Below are positions 19,044-29,622 of a DNA stretch of 64,000 nt, one piece after another. The stretch covers positions 6 to 64,005 of the forward strand of contig CALIRD010000099.1 of assembly GCA_938042355.1 (NCBI GenBank), written 5' to 3'. The translations under genes were made by a program, and so were the position numbers. How positions within the stretch are numbered: the stretch's first letter is position 1; each line of letters begins with the position of its first letter. Source of the DNA: an uncultured Thiotrichales bacterium (GTDB lineage Bacteria; Pseudomonadota; Gammaproteobacteria; CAZUMV01). A model generated the notes under the pieces. The model had not been told where the DNA came from. It saw only the letters and a list, made by a program, of their open reading frames with translations, and did not search any database.

Positions 19044-21083
19044 TTACCAGATTTTTACCCGGTCTTCTGGTGGTAAATACATGCCGTCACCTTCTTTGAC
19101 ATCAAAGGCATCATAAAAAGCGTTGATATTGACTACGGCTCCATTGCCACGAAAACGCGCTGGAGAGTGAGGATCAGTAGTGATTCTTCTTTTTAATTCG
19201 GCGTCACGATAGAGTCGTCTCCAGACCTGGCCCCAGCCATAAAATACTCTTTGGTCAGCTGTCATCCCGTCGATGACTGGTCCATCTTCATCACCCAGTG
19301 CCATTTTATAGGCTTTGTAGGCAATTGACAGTCCACCGAGATCTCCAATATTTTCACCGGATGTAAATTGTCCGTTCACCCTGAGATCATCAATTGCCAC
19401 ATAGGAATCGTATTGTGCTGCCAGTTTGTTCTTACGCACGTCAAATTTTTCGGCATCTTCATCAGTCCACCAGTCTCTCAGCTTTCCTTCACCATCGTAT
19501 TTTCTGCCAGAATCATCAAAGCCATGACCTATCTCATGCCCGATTACCGCTCCAATACCGCCATAATTGACAGCATCTTCGGCATCCAGATCGAAGAAGG
19601 GGGGTTGCAAGATAGCGGCTGGAAAGACGATTTCGTTCCATGCAGGTTGATAATATGCATTCACAGTTTGTGGCGTCATGCCCCATTCTTCTTTGTCCAC
19701 TGGTTTACCCAGTCTGTTGACAATGTCGTTGTATTCAAACAACGCGGCACGTTTGTCATTGCCGACTATGTCACCAGCAATAACTTCAAGCTCGGTGTAA
19801 TCTTTCCATTGGTCTGGATAACCGATTTTAGTTCTGAACTTAGACAGTTTATCCAAAGCTTGAACTTTTGTTTCTTCACTCATCCACTCAAGCTCTTTAA
19901 TTGAAGCGGCATAGGCTTTTTTCAGATTGTCTACGAGCGTCAGCATCCGAGTTTTAGCTTCTGGCTTGAAATGTTTTTCAACATACAATTGACCCAGTAA
20001 TTCGCCCATCACCGCTTCAGTAGACCCGACAGCTCGTTTCCATAGCGGTCGCTGCTCTTCAACGCCAGACAAGCCCTTGCTGTAGAACTCGAATTGCGCA
20101 TCGTAGTAGGGCTTTCCCAGCACATCAGCATATTGTGAGATAGTCTTAAAGGTCAGGTAGTGCTTCCAGGTTTCGACTGGAGTCGCTACGATGACTTTGG
20201 CAACGTTGGTAAAATAATCTGGTTGATTGACGATATACTTTTCGCGTATGGGTACACCGGCAGTCTTGTAAAAGTTTGACCAGTCAATTTGCGGAGCCAG
20301 TTCTTGTAGTTCTGCAAATGTTTTCAGGTTGTAGCGTTGGCTTGGGTCCCGATTTCGTTCCTTGGTCCACATATGAGAAGCTATCTCTGTTTCCAGAGCA
20401 ATAAGGTCATCAGCAATTTGACTGCCATTTTCTATACCACTCAAGTTTGCCAATGTTTGAATATAGGTTTTATACAACATTCGTCCCTTGACGAAGTTTT
20501 CATCATCCTTCAGGTAATAGTCTCGATCAGGTAGCGAAATACCTGATTGAGTTAAGTAGACTTCATAAACATCCGGGTTTTTGAGATCAGAATAAATGTA
20601 GCCACCAAGAGGGCTGCTCACACCGATTTTCCCCAGTTCTGAAAACACTTGTACGAGTTGTTTGTGATCACTGATGTTTTGAATCATGGCAAGTTCATCC
20701 GCCAGGCCATCCAGATTTACCATGGGGCTTTCTGCCAGTTCAGTATAGGTGTTGTAGTAGTCTCTGATTTTTTGTGCAGGACTGCCTTGAGCAAGATTTT
20801 TTCTGGTGGATGTTTCCTCAATGATAGTTCTGATATTGATTTCAGCTTCATCAGCAAGCTTTCCGAACATGCTGTAATTAGATTTATCAGACGGGATTTC
20901 GGTAGTCTTTAGCCAGGTGCCATTTACATGATCATAAAAGTCGTCTTGAGCCCTTACATTCAAATCAAAGCCGGATCTATCAATACCACTTTTCAGCTTT
21001 GTCTCGGATAAGTTGCCAGTACTGGCGCAGGCCGATAACAGTCCAAATAAGAAAATAACAATGGGTTGCAGGATTTTGTTCAT
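19044..21083 (-). CDS. M13-family zinc metallopeptidase (PepO/endothelin-converting-enzyme-like), lipoprotein
   Basis: HEIGHGFDD (HExxH) zinc motif, NAYY and GENIGDLGG motifs. Signal peptide with LLSAC lipobox. Confidence 0.9.
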   Translation of the reverse strand: MNKILQPIVIFLFGLLSACASTGNLSETKLKSGIDRSGFDLNVRAQDDFYDHVNGTWLKTTEIPSDKSNYSMFGKLADEAEINIRTIIEETSTRKNLAQGSPAQKIRDYYNTYTELAESPMVNLDGLADELAMIQNISDHKQLVQVFSELGKIGVSSPLGGYIYSDLKNPDVYEVYLTQSGISLPDRDYYLKDDENFVKGRMLYKTYIQTLANLSGIENGSQIADDLIALETEIASHMWTKERNRDPSQRYNLKTFAELQELAPQIDWSNFYKTAGVPIREKYIVNQPDYFTNVAKVIVATPVETWKHYLTFKTISQYADVLGKPYYDAQFEFYSKGLSGVEEQRPLWKRAVGSTEAVMGELLGQLYVEKHFKPEAKTRMLTLVDNLKKAYAASIKELEWMSEETKVQALDKLSKFRTKIGYPDQWKDYTELEVIAGDIVGNDKRAALFEYNDIVNRLGKPVDKEEWGMTPQTVNAYYQPAWNEIVFPAAILQPPFFDLDAEDAVNYGGIGAVIGHEIGHGFDDSGRKYDGEGKLRDWWTDEDAEKFDVRKNKLAAQYDSYVAIDDLRVNGQFTSGENIGDLGGLSIAYKAYKMALGDEDGPVIDGMTADQRVFYGWGQVWRRLYRDAELKRRITTDPHSPARFRGNGAVVNINAFYDAFDVKEGDGMYLPPEDRVKIW

Positions 21084-21214
21084 CTGTGAGCCTTCTGTTG
21101 GTTTTATTGCAAATATTAATCCAAATATAGCACTAAAGTACTACATATAAGAATGCCGTTTTTGGCATGTTTTGATGTTTAGTTATAAGCTTACACTATC
21201 CACTCGTACTTGAA

Positions 21215-21841
21215 TTGAGAATAACAAAAGTGACCGGAAACAGAATAATAATTTTAGACGATCATGCGGTTTTTTCAGAAAGTCTAAAGCTTGTTTTAGG
21301 TGATAATTTTCAGGTAACTGTTACGACATCCAGTAAGGAGCTATTCCTTCAGCTTGATAACGTAGAACATAATTTGTTGTTACTCGATTTAAATTTTCCA
21401 GATGACAATGGCTTCGCTATTTTTTCGGAGTTAAGGGCTCATAAACATCAGCTACCCGTATTACTGATTACCGCATCTTCGAGTGTCGCTTTGGTCAGAG
21501 ATAGCAGGCAATTAGGCTTCAATGGCTGTTTTCATAAGGCGGAACATCTAGACTCGCTACTAGAGGCAATTAATACGCTTTTGAGTGGTGGTGAATGGTG
21601 GCCAGATATTTCTCCATCCAAAAACACAGAAGGTATTCTAAAGCAACATGGATTAACTTCGCGTCAGTTTGATGTCTTGTCACTGATAGATAAGGGTTAT
21701 ACGAATTCTGATATTGCCGCTGCGTTGTACGTTTCTGAATCAACTGTAAAATCTCACATTACGGCATTATTTACACAGCTTGCAGTTAAAAATAGAACCA
21801 GCTGTTTGCGTACAGCACGCATGCTTGGACTGCTTAACTAA
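21215..21841 (+). CDS. Two-component response regulator, REC + LuxR-type HTH (NarL/FixJ family)
   Basis: Receiver motifs IIILDDH, LLLDLNFPDDNG and LLITAS. C-terminal LuxR HTH LSLIDKGYTNSDIAAALYVSESTVKSHITALFTQLAV. Start uncertain: TTG at 21215 or GTG at 21230. Confidence 0.8.
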   Translation: MRITKVTGNRIIILDDHAVFSESLKLVLGDNFQVTVTTSSKELFLQLDNVEHNLLLLDLNFPDDNGFAIFSELRAHKHQLPVLLITASSSVALVRDSRQLGFNGCFHKAEHLDSLLEAINTLLSGGEWWPDISPSKNTEGILKQHGLTSRQFDVLSLIDKGYTNSDIAAALYVSESTVKSHITALFTQLAVKNRTSCLRTARMLGLLN

Positions 21842-23558
21842 CAACAGTATGTAATCTTTCGATCGTTAACAGCAATTTATCCAAATTGATGGGTTTCGAC
21901 ATGAATTTTGTTCTTGCTGAGGATGAGCTTTCCCCTAGATCCGGTTTAACATCTCCGGAGACGAGGATTGCCGGTAAATCATGCTGATTCAATTTCGTTC
22001 TGACCATATCAATCACCTCTATCCCGTTTGAAGGTGGAGGTAAACGATAGTCAGAGATGACCAGGTCATATCCGGATGTTGAGGTGACGCAAGTTGTCAG
22101 TGCCGATTCCATGTCAAAGGCCGTACTCACCATGGCGCCTTTTTGCAATAGCAGATCAGCTAATACTGTTCGCGTCATGTCGTCATCTTCAATTAGCAGT
22201 ATTTGTTTGCCAGATAAATTTAAATCTACAGTGTTGGGCGAAATTGGTGCTGCCTCGATTGCTGTTGCAGTGGACTTTTCTACGAGTAGTTTCATTACGG
22301 TTCCACGACCTGGTCGAGATGAAACAGTTAGCTTATGTCCCAGCTGATCGGCAAGACGACGACTGATGGGTAAGCCCAGCCCAAGACCATCGCTTGTTGG
22401 TCTGGCTTTATTGTCTATCTGATAGAATTCCTCGAATATATGCTCAAGTTGATTTGCAGCTATGCCAATACCGGTGTCCCAAATTTCAATGCAAACATGG
22501 CTGTCCCAGTGTTCTCTGCAGGCAACTAATATACCTCCTTGTTCTGTATTTTTTACGGCATTACTCACCAGATTACTCAAGATTCTACCCAAGGCGACAT
22601 CATTCGAGAATACACTCTGTGTTGTAGGTCGAATCCTGAGTTCTAGATTTTTGGCGCGGCATTGTTCGAGATGTTCGACCAGAATCGTTTTAAATACCTC
22701 GTCAAGTGAGCAGTGATGCATCTTATAGCTCGTGGTGCCGGACTCGAGGCTGGAAATGTCCAGTAATGAGTCGAGTAGGTGATTTAATCTGCCCAGGGCA
22801 GTCTCGAGATTGTCCAGCAAAATCTGTGAACGTGAAGTTTGTGGCTGTGTAGCAAGACTGTTTGCGATCAAATTGAGGGAGTTGATTGGTTGTCTGAGGT
22901 CATGATTGGCAGCAGCGAAGAAGCGTGATTTTGACAGGTTTGATTGCTCGAGCTGCGCGATGATATTGAGATTTTTAAACTTGTAGCTAATGGTGTCCAG
23001 AGTAAGCTTGTTACTGGTTTTTCCATAAACACAAAGTCCAATAAAATAGACAAGTAGTGCAAGGCCTATACCAAGGTGTATGACTTCGCCAGATTTGAAT
23101 AACTTAAAAATTAATAAAAGCATCGCCGGGAAAATGAATGCATAAAAACCCTCCAGCCAGTAGGCGGTAGAAATGATCGAACCAAGCGAAATGAGTACGA
23201 CTAGTGAACTGATTATCGCAAAGGTAATGCCGTAGTTTGAGGTGAATATAAAGACACTCAAGCCCCAGCATGTCCCGGTTATCAAAGCGGTATAGGTATA
23301 GTATCTGCCCCAGCGAATGGTTTCTGCATCACTCCTCGGGCTCTTGTTAAATTCCTTGATCATCATCAATCGAAGTACGTATATGCCAATTAAAATGGCG
23401 AGCCAGACATAGCTAATGGCATTGATTGTGGCGAAGCTGCAAAAAAAGATTGTGATGGCAATCATCAGCTGAATGATGCTCACGTTCATGCGTTGAGAAA
23501 ATAATATTCGCACACCCTCAGCCACGAATTTATTGTCTGCTTTGTTGAACATCAACAT
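21834..23558 (-). CDS. Hybrid sensor histidine kinase (multi-TM sensor + HisKA + HATPase_c + C-terminal REC)
   Basis: About six N-terminal TM helices. H-box AANHDLRQPINSL. G-boxes DTGIGIA and GLGLGL. C-terminal receiver ILLIEDDDMTRTVLADLL...DLVISDYRLPP. Confidence 0.85.
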   Translation of the reverse strand: MLMFNKADNKFVAEGVRILFSQRMNVSIIQLMIAITIFFCSFATINAISYVWLAILIGIYVLRLMMIKEFNKSPRSDAETIRWGRYYTYTALITGTCWGLSVFIFTSNYGITFAIISSLVVLISLGSIISTAYWLEGFYAFIFPAMLLLIFKLFKSGEVIHLGIGLALLVYFIGLCVYGKTSNKLTLDTISYKFKNLNIIAQLEQSNLSKSRFFAAANHDLRQPINSLNLIANSLATQPQTSRSQILLDNLETALGRLNHLLDSLLDISSLESGTTSYKMHHCSLDEVFKTILVEHLEQCRAKNLELRIRPTTQSVFSNDVALGRILSNLVSNAVKNTEQGGILVACREHWDSHVCIEIWDTGIGIAANQLEHIFEEFYQIDNKARPTSDGLGLGLPISRRLADQLGHKLTVSSRPGRGTVMKLLVEKSTATAIEAAPISPNTVDLNLSGKQILLIEDDDMTRTVLADLLLQKGAMVSTAFDMESALTTCVTSTSGYDLVISDYRLPPPSNGIEVIDMVRTKLNQHDLPAILVSGDVKPDLGESSSSARTKFMSKPINLDKLLLTIERLHTVVS

Positions 23559-23866
23559 TAATGTAATCCTTCTTTTTTGTGCAACATCAGAAACCTGGTG
23601 TAATGATTTCTCAAATCATGAGGACAGGTTAAAACTCTTACGAATTTCGTACTTTTGTACTATGTAATTATTAATATTTAACATCTATTGTTACGCCTGC
23701 TCATGCCTAGACTGTGTGTCTATCAGTTTGATTGTACAGAGATTTACAGGTAAGCGGCATAACGGTGTATTTTAAAATCATCACAATAATCTTGGTCGTT
23801 AGGTGCTACTACTCGACCACATCGTGTGTTGCAGAATTTATCAACCATGAAATTTAAAGAGACAGT

Positions 23867-24877
23867 ATGACACGGTATTTATTAGAGAATGTCTTCGGCT
23901 CATCAGATTTGGATACTACTAAAAAGCCTAAAGTAGAGAATGAATCGGTTATAGATGAAATCGGTTATCTTCCCAGCGTCTATATGATTAGAAGGTTGGT
24001 CGGTCGCGACGATATTAGTTTCAAGTTGTTTCGTTATGCCAGGGCAGTCGAGGGATTACACACAGCAAGTCACGGTTTGATCGAAATTGAGTTAATCGAG
24101 TCTGGTCATGCCAGTGGTGGTTGCATTTCTTCGCAGTCGATTAAAGATGCGGATAAGCAGTTACTCTCCAGGCTGGATAATGAAATTAAAATAAATGCTG
24201 AACTTGTGTATTCAAAAGTTTCGAACAATAAAAATTCACAGCATGAAAAAATTTCTATTCCTCATGGCCAGCTCTATGCCAGAGCAAGTCAACAGACGGC
24301 GGTTATTTCAGAACAGACGCATGTCAACAAGCCTGTCTCACCAGTAGTTTATTCAGCCGTGCTTGATTGTGAGCTGGCAGAAGACTTGTGGAGTAGCTTT
24401 GAACAAGAAGATGTAACGCTTGAGCTCTCAATACATTGGTTGCTAACAGGGGAGGAGCGTGGTGTGCCTTTTCAACATGTAATCACGCAAGTCATACCAA
24501 TCGATATTTCAATGGCGGCACAGCGAAACTGTTTTCATAAATATGAGACGTGGGCAGACTTCGAGCATGATTACTCAGAACTGCATATCCAATGTTTTTC
24601 ATTGTTTAAAAATACTAATTCCGGTTTGTCTAATGTGGTCGTGGCAACTGACTTGAAGGATGCCGACACCACGATTAGCACACAGATCGTTGAGTTCAAT
24701 CAGCTTGATTCCGAGTCAACTAAAACTATACTTTTTCCAGAGTCAGCCAAGTTGCTAAAGCCATCTTTCTCGGTAACTACGACTTATTACTTTGACGACG
24801 GTACCAGTAAAGAAGTGGCTTCTTGGTCACATCAGCTGCGCTATTATGATGCCAGTCTTGAGTCAATTTCAGACTAG
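23867..24877 (+). CDS. Hypothetical protein, AT-rich orphan (no recognisable domain)
   Basis: 336-aa ORF preceded by RBS AAAGAGACAG. Visibly lower GC than its neighbours and preceded by a ~300-bp AT-rich spacer. No known motif recognised. Confidence 0.5.
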   Translation: MTRYLLENVFGSSDLDTTKKPKVENESVIDEIGYLPSVYMIRRLVGRDDISFKLFRYARAVEGLHTASHGLIEIELIESGHASGGCISSQSIKDADKQLLSRLDNEIKINAELVYSKVSNNKNSQHEKISIPHGQLYARASQQTAVISEQTHVNKPVSPVVYSAVLDCELAEDLWSSFEQEDVTLELSIHWLLTGEERGVPFQHVITQVIPIDISMAAQRNCFHKYETWADFEHDYSELHIQCFSLFKNTNSGLSNVVVATDLKDADTTISTQIVEFNQLDSESTKTILFPESAKLLKPSFSVTTTYYFDDGTSKEVASWSHQLRYYDASLESISD

Positions 24878-24881
24878 CGTT

Positions 24882-25652
24882 TTAATACTCTTCAAGTAAC
24901 TTACCAAAACCAGTTATTTGATCGTTGATGCCATTGGCTCTCAATGCATGCCAGTAGGTTGCTGTATTAATCGCGATAACGGGTTTGTCCAGCCATTTTT
25001 CTGCTTCTGCAGCAAGTCTGACCATTGAGAGGTTTGTACCAACCTGGCATATCGCGTCAATGTCATCGCCATTTAATTCCATGATTACTTTGCGCAGAGA
25101 ATCTTCACGAACCTGCGCAATGGCTGTCCAGCTGGGACATTGCAATGGAATGTCCCGGATCACTTCAATATCAAAATCGTTAACGTATTTTGTGACCTCT
25201 GCATTAGCCGAAGGGTAGTAGGGTGAGACGAATGCAATACGTTTGATATTTCCATAGGCCTGAATTGCGGAGACTAACGACTCGGAACCGATGCTCGAAT
25301 CCAGGCCAGATACGTCTTTGAGTTCTTTTTTGAATTTCTCGCCACCTGCTCGACCACCATAAAAAGTGACCGCTGACATACCCATGACCAGATAGTCCGG
25401 GTCACAAGCCAGTACGCCGCGTGCGGCCTGTTCAGTGAGCTTTCCAATCTCGGCAACACCAGCGCTAAATGTTTCATCAGAAATAGCCTGTGCATTGGCA
25501 TTCGGGATGCGGCTATAGTGATTGGTTACACCGGGTACACGCATATCATCGAAGTCCGGTTGTACCACTGTATTGGTAGCAGGGCCTATTACGCCAAACA
25601 GTTTTCTATAACCGAGCACATCCTGTTTGTGTTCAAATATTGATGAGTCCAT
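24882..25652 (-). CDS. Asp/Glu/hydantoin-racemase superfamily protein (maleate-isomerase/arylmalonate-decarboxylase-like)
   Basis: 256 aa. The two-cysteine-region layout and motifs such as VIGPATNTVVQPDF and AICQVGTNLSM resemble the maleate cis-trans isomerase/AMDase family. Confidence 0.6.
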   Translation of the reverse strand: MDSSIFEHKQDVLGYRKLFGVIGPATNTVVQPDFDDMRVPGVTNHYSRIPNANAQAISDETFSAGVAEIGKLTEQAARGVLACDPDYLVMGMSAVTFYGGRAGGEKFKKELKDVSGLDSSIGSESLVSAIQAYGNIKRIAFVSPYYPSANAEVTKYVNDFDIEVIRDIPLQCPSWTAIAQVREDSLRKVIMELNGDDIDAICQVGTNLSMVRLAAEAEKWLDKPVIAINTATYWHALRANGINDQITGFGKLLEEY

Positions 25653-25663
25653 TTTATGCTCCT

Positions 25664-26623
25664 CTAGCGTGTTTCCAGTGTCATAGTGTCAGACCAGCTT
25701 CCAGAATCAGCTTTGCGTTTTAACAGGAAGGCTGCCTTGTCATCGTCTTTGGCATAGGCGGAAAGAAACAGATTGGAAAGTGAAACAAATGATGCCAACG
25801 CTTCCGTCGCTGGCTTTGCATTCTCGAGGTTGAATCTACCCGTTAAGCCGCCAAAGTAGTGGTCAACATCTGTGCCAACGGTTAACCATTTTTCACCGGC
25901 AGGGCTCAACTCGTAGGCCGCTTTATGCATTTCCCATTCAGGGATGAAGTTTTCCAGTATATCGGCAGTGCCCGTTTGTAATAATAACGGTGTTGTCATT
26001 TGATCAAAGCTGTTTTTTTCAATGTAACCTGGAATCAAACCCGGTGGTGACATGGCGATTACTGCCTTAACGCCGGGGTTAGCCACCCTGATTTTGTTCT
26101 TGGTATTCATGTCAGTGGTGACTGCTCCAGCGACCGCCATAGCAGTAATCGCACCATATGAATGCCCGGACATAACCAGTTGTTCGGTGTTAACCTTGCG
26201 CGTCAGTTTCGAGATCTTGGCGATGATATTTTCCAGCTTATACGTGATGGTTCTCATATCTTCGAGACGCAACTTCCATTGCTGATCCTGCGTATAGGAT
26301 TTGTTTAACGGGTTTTTTGGCGAGTCTATATGTCGAATCGCAAGAATCAGGAACCCGGACTCTGCCCACGCATCGGTTACCCGGTCGTACATGTCATAAT
26401 CAGAAAACGCGCCATGCGAAAACAGAATTACTCCAACAGGATCTGGCTCTGAATCAGTCGGGTAGATCGCTCTAACGGGTACAGTTCGCCCTGTGCTCGT
26501 TTCCACAGTAATAACGGTGTGAGCAACACTGCCCTGGTCAATCTCCTTGGCAGGTTGTGAAGCGCAGCTCGTTAGAAGCAACAGGCTGAATAGTAATTGT
26601 AAGAGTGCGATGTGTTTGTGCAT
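25664..26623 (-). CDS. Alpha/beta-hydrolase lipoprotein (esterase/PAF-acetylhydrolase-like)
   Basis: Signal peptide with LLTSC lipobox. Nucleophile elbow MSGHSYGAI (GHSYG). Confidence 0.7.
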   Translation of the reverse strand: MHKHIALLQLLFSLLLLTSCASQPAKEIDQGSVAHTVITVETSTGRTVPVRAIYPTDSEPDPVGVILFSHGAFSDYDMYDRVTDAWAESGFLILAIRHIDSPKNPLNKSYTQDQQWKLRLEDMRTITYKLENIIAKISKLTRKVNTEQLVMSGHSYGAITAMAVAGAVTTDMNTKNKIRVANPGVKAVIAMSPPGLIPGYIEKNSFDQMTTPLLLQTGTADILENFIPEWEMHKAAYELSPAGEKWLTVGTDVDHYFGGLTGRFNLENAKPATEALASFVSLSNLFLSAYAKDDDKAAFLLKRKADSGSWSDTMTLETR

Positions 26624-26640
26624 AACTATTCCAAATGAAG

Positions 26641-26943
26641 TCAGGATGACAGGTCATGCAAGATGCGCTGCACCAGTTGTTCACGGCGTGCGGATTGCAG
26701 CGCTTGTAGAGTTTCATCGGCTTCGAAGTTTTCTATTTTGTCGCTACCGCCGAACCCGTGTTGTTCCGAGAGTTTTTCGTAAATATCCATTCGGTCTCTT
26801 AGTACTGAAATTTCCATCGCAAGACGAAGCACAACATCGACCACCTGATCCATGTTGGAAGTTGCAATGAACGTTGGTTTGGTGCGTTTGCTGTCGAGCA
26901 TCAAGTCAGCAACACTGTTGCTCGGGCTCTTATCATTACTCAT
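26641..26943 (-). CDS. Small protein 'A' (100 aa), member of a 4-copy paralogous family in this window; function unknown
   Basis: Its ATG overlaps the stop of the methyltransferase at 26940 (ATGA). Shares the core VVDVVLRLAMEISVLRDRMDIYEKLSEQHG...IENFEADE with the ORFs at 36354, 41947 and 60535. Confidence 0.6.
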   Translation of the reverse strand: MSNDKSPSNSVADLMLDSKRTKPTFIATSNMDQVVDVVLRLAMEISVLRDRMDIYEKLSEQHGFGGSDKIENFEADETLQALQSARREQLVQRILHDLSS

Positions 26944-28067
26944 GAGTTTACTTGCGCGCCAAACAGAAAATAACTGTTGTTACCGCCAGCAGCTTGATAG
27001 TCAGTGAAGCGTTCTTGCTCATCAAAACCGGCTGTCGCCAAAGCAGCATCGATATCGGTATCGACAAAGCCAGTCCAGAACGGTTCGCCATTATTAACCA
27101 CTTGCCAGTCATTAGTTACCTGAGAAGGTATGTCTATTCGGTTCGGTTGGTAGGGAACATCTATATTGAAAAAGACACCACCAGGTGCGATCAAGCGTTT
27201 TACCTCTTGCATAATCTCCAACAGCTTTTCATCCCATGTTTCATGGAAGAGAATTTGACTGACAATGAGATCAAAGGAATTGTCTTCAAAGCCGGTGTCA
27301 GCCGCATCCAGTTGATGAAAATGCAGGCTGAGCTGACTATCCTCGGCCATCGCATGTGCGCAGCGCATAAAGGGGCCGGATAGATCAAGTCCGTGGACTT
27401 CAGCCTCAGGCCAGTACTCTTTAAGGCCGCGTGTCAGTGCGCCGATACCACAGCCTAAATCAAGAATTCGTGTGGGTTGGGTGTCAGGGAATCTCTGGGT
27501 GATCAGCTGAGCCATGGCGTGTCCGCCAAATGTATCCTTGGTTTTTCCAGAACTGAAGCCTTTGGCAGCCGTGTAGAGTTGAATGGTCCCATAATAAAGC
27601 AGGGGGGCGGTCAGTCCATTTTTCTCTGAATCAAAAAAGTAGCCACCCGGTTGACGATGTATTTCTGTGCTGCCGATCGGTTCGGGCAAAACAAGATCGG
27701 GATTCAGGGTCAAACTTCCCAGTTTTTTATCGTTGTTATCAATTGCTTTCGCTTTTTCTTCGGCATGCTCGAGAATTCTGTCTACAGTATCTCCAACCGT
27801 CTCCCATAGCAGGTCCTGTGAGGTATAAACGGCAGAACCCCAAAGCTGATAGAGATGTTCTTTTTCAAACAGACTTTTGGCTTCGTCTCGGGATGCAGGT
27901 GGTTTACCGTGTTGTTCGAGGTATTTCGGTAGTAATTTATCCTCATACAAGGCATGAATTTGTTGCTCCAGTTTGCCATTAACATATTTCTTCAAGCTGC
28001 CGACAAAGGCTTGTCTGGATGCTTCATCTTTATTCGGTTTGTATGTCTTTGTAAACGCTGTAGTCAT
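26940..28067 (-). CDS. Class-I SAM-dependent methyltransferase with long N-terminal extension (paralog MT1)
   Basis: Motif I RILDLGCGIGALT. Acidic loop HGLDLS. Post-II region HFHQLDAADTGFEDNSFDLIVSQILFHE. Motif RLIAPGG. C-terminal NGEPFW. N-terminal QPGGYF element. Confidence 0.8.
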   Translation of the reverse strand: MTTAFTKTYKPNKDEASRQAFVGSLKKYVNGKLEQQIHALYEDKLLPKYLEQHGKPPASRDEAKSLFEKEHLYQLWGSAVYTSQDLLWETVGDTVDRILEHAEEKAKAIDNNDKKLGSLTLNPDLVLPEPIGSTEIHRQPGGYFFDSEKNGLTAPLLYYGTIQLYTAAKGFSSGKTKDTFGGHAMAQLITQRFPDTQPTRILDLGCGIGALTRGLKEYWPEAEVHGLDLSGPFMRCAHAMAEDSQLSLHFHQLDAADTGFEDNSFDLIVSQILFHETWDEKLLEIMQEVKRLIAPGGVFFNIDVPYQPNRIDIPSQVTNDWQVVNNGEPFWTGFVDTDIDAALATAGFDEQERFTDYQAAGGNNSYFLFGAQVNS

Positions 28068-28072
28068 ATTGT

Positions 28073-29611
28073 TTAACTCATGCCCAGTTTAGGAATGAAA
28101 AGCGACTGTGTCGGTAACATAGTGGTTTTTTCCTCCGTAAATAATTCAATTGAGGCGTGTAAACCATCGCGACCCACGCCGGATTGTTTATAGCCACCAA
28201 ATGGCGCTCGCAGGTCCCTGGTCAGCGGTGTATTGACCCAGACGGTGCCGGCTTTGATCTCACGGCTGCATTTCATCACAGTAGGCAAGTCATTCGACCA
28301 GACATAGCTTACCAGTCCAAAGTCTGAATCGTTCGCGATAGTGATAGCTTCTTCGAGATCGCTGTACCTTTGCAGTGCTACAAATGGGCCAAATATTTCT
28401 TCCTGACAAACTCGTGAGCTATTGTCGGCCAGCACGGCAGTGGGTTCAAAATAGTAGCCGGATGAAAATCCATCAGCGGCTTTGCCGCCCACTAATATTT
28501 CTGCGCCTTCTGATTTTGCTATGTCAACATACGACAACACTTTTTCATAATGCGAGGCGAACGCGAGTGGTCCGACTTCTACATCGCTATCAAAAGGATT
28601 GCCGACTTTTACATTTGCCATACGCTGTGTAAATTTATCGATAAACTCATCGGCGATAGAGTCTTGCAGCAAGATTCTTGAGCCAGCGAGACATTGCTCG
28701 CCATTACCAGCAAGGATCGCTATCAGTGAGCCGTCAATAGCGTCATCGAGATTAGCATCTGCGGTAACAATATTGGCGGATTTTCCACCAAGCTCCATGC
28801 CCACTTTTTTCAGGGTTTTGGAGGCAGATGACATAATGGTTTTACCGGTACCGGTGCCGCCAACAAATCCAATCACGTCGACGTCAGGGTGTTCTACCAA
28901 CGATTGTCCGGTGATGTGGCCACGACCATTGACGAGGTTTACCACGCCCGGTGGAATGCCCGCATCATTAATTATCTCTACAAATCTTTGCAGGGTATAT
29001 GGCGAGTATTCAGAGGCTTTGATTACAACCGTGTTACCGGTAGCCAACGCCGCAGCCAGTTTCATTGATACCAGCACAGTTGGAGCATTCCACGGGGTTA
29101 GCAGGGCACATACGCCTACCGGTTCATGCGTCACAATGGAAAGATAATTTCTGGTTTGTGTATAGGCTTCGCCTCCCAGGGTGCCAGCAACTTCAATAAA
29201 AAATTCAAAATTCTCTACCGTTCTTGGCATGTGCATGGCTTGTAAGCCAGCGACTGGAATACCGACCTCGAATGCCTGTATGGTCGCTAATTCCTGAGCA
29301 TGCTCGCGTATGGCGTCACGGGCTTTATAAAGTATGGCTTTCCTGTCGGTGTGGGACAGATATTGCCAGTCGGTGTGATCAAATGCATGTCGTGCAGCAG
29401 CAACTGCCGCATTGACCTCGCTTTCATCACTTTCTTGAACGGTATAGGTTTCTTCTGCGTTGATTGGACAGACTGACTGAAGTTTAAATGCTGTCGTGTC
29501 ATGTCCCTGCAAACTTCCGTCGATTATTGCCGTGACGGTGTCGGGTAATTGAATCTGGTGTTGGTCGGTGAGATCTTTGACATTGGGTATCTCAAACTGA
29601 TTGTCGGTCAT
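28073..29611 (-). CDS. Aldehyde dehydrogenase (NAD(P)+)
   Basis: ELGGKSANIV and GEQCLAGSRILL catalytic motifs in a 512-aa product. Confidence 0.9.
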   Translation of the reverse strand: MTDNQFEIPNVKDLTDQHQIQLPDTVTAIIDGSLQGHDTTAFKLQSVCPINAEETYTVQESDESEVNAAVAAARHAFDHTDWQYLSHTDRKAILYKARDAIREHAQELATIQAFEVGIPVAGLQAMHMPRTVENFEFFIEVAGTLGGEAYTQTRNYLSIVTHEPVGVCALLTPWNAPTVLVSMKLAAALATGNTVVIKASEYSPYTLQRFVEIINDAGIPPGVVNLVNGRGHITGQSLVEHPDVDVIGFVGGTGTGKTIMSSASKTLKKVGMELGGKSANIVTADANLDDAIDGSLIAILAGNGEQCLAGSRILLQDSIADEFIDKFTQRMANVKVGNPFDSDVEVGPLAFASHYEKVLSYVDIAKSEGAEILVGGKAADGFSSGYYFEPTAVLADNSSRVCQEEIFGPFVALQRYSDLEEAITIANDSDFGLVSYVWSNDLPTVMKCSREIKAGTVWVNTPLTRDLRAPFGGYKQSGVGRDGLHASIELFTEEKTTMLPTQSLFIPKLGMS

Positions 29612-29622
29612 GCCGGTATCCG

